64,000 nucleotides of DNA from NCBI GenBank assembly GCA_964106645.2, contig OZ067054.1; one strand, 5' to 3'. The position numbers and the translations under genes are program-made. The notes under the pieces are model-generated. The model saw only the letters and a program-made list of their open reading frames with translations. It searched no databases and was not told the origin of the DNA. Origin of the DNA: Podarcis pityusensis (lineage: Eukaryota). This document shows positions 63,819-64,000 of the stretch, piece after piece (the stretch's first letter is position 1; the number at the start of each line of letters is the position of its first letter).

Positions 63819-64000
63819 CTAAAAGGCACAAAATTGGGGGGAAATAAGTCAGTTCACAAGCAGGTTAGTGTAAGGTTTTTTCCGGGGGGTGGGGGTGGGG
63901 GGCTTGAAGTATGTTAGGAAAAAATAACCCACTAATATTTAAAACATTCTATTTGTAATCGAGTTCAAATCAACTCACACAATGAAAAGTTACAATTACA

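Overview
Vertebrate genomic DNA, almost certainly a squamate and probably a lacertid lizard. This is inferred from the Sauria SINE, BovB, CR1, Penelope and hAT/Tc1 MITE complement. The window holds two convergent, tail-to-tail protein-coding genes in the arrangement known from mammals. UHRF2 is on the + strand: coding exons 2-16 at 3028-41136, 771 aa plus stop in the window, with exon 1 upstream of the window. GLDC (glycine decarboxylase P-protein) is on the - strand: coding exons 9-25 at 63818-43202, 635 aa plus stop. All 32 exons were traced by hand and splice into open frames; one GLDC donor is GC. The introns are rich in mobile DNA: a young 5'-truncated CR1 LINE with a 679-codon RT ORF, an L1 3' fragment with an 84-bp flanking duplication, a decayed DIRS retroelement, Penelope remnants with eroded hammerhead cores, several SINEs, and many hAT and Tc1/mariner MITEs. 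I found no clear new multi-gene system. The best leads are (i) a UHRF2 protein combining UHRF2-type pocket residues with UHRF1-type regulatory motifs, (ii) several insertions or duplications at or near GLDC/UHRF2 splice signals, (iii) a 140-bp near-perfect palindrome, and (iv) the unusual L1 integration scar. Exon numbering and comparisons with human proteins come from recalled sequences and should be confirmed by alignment.
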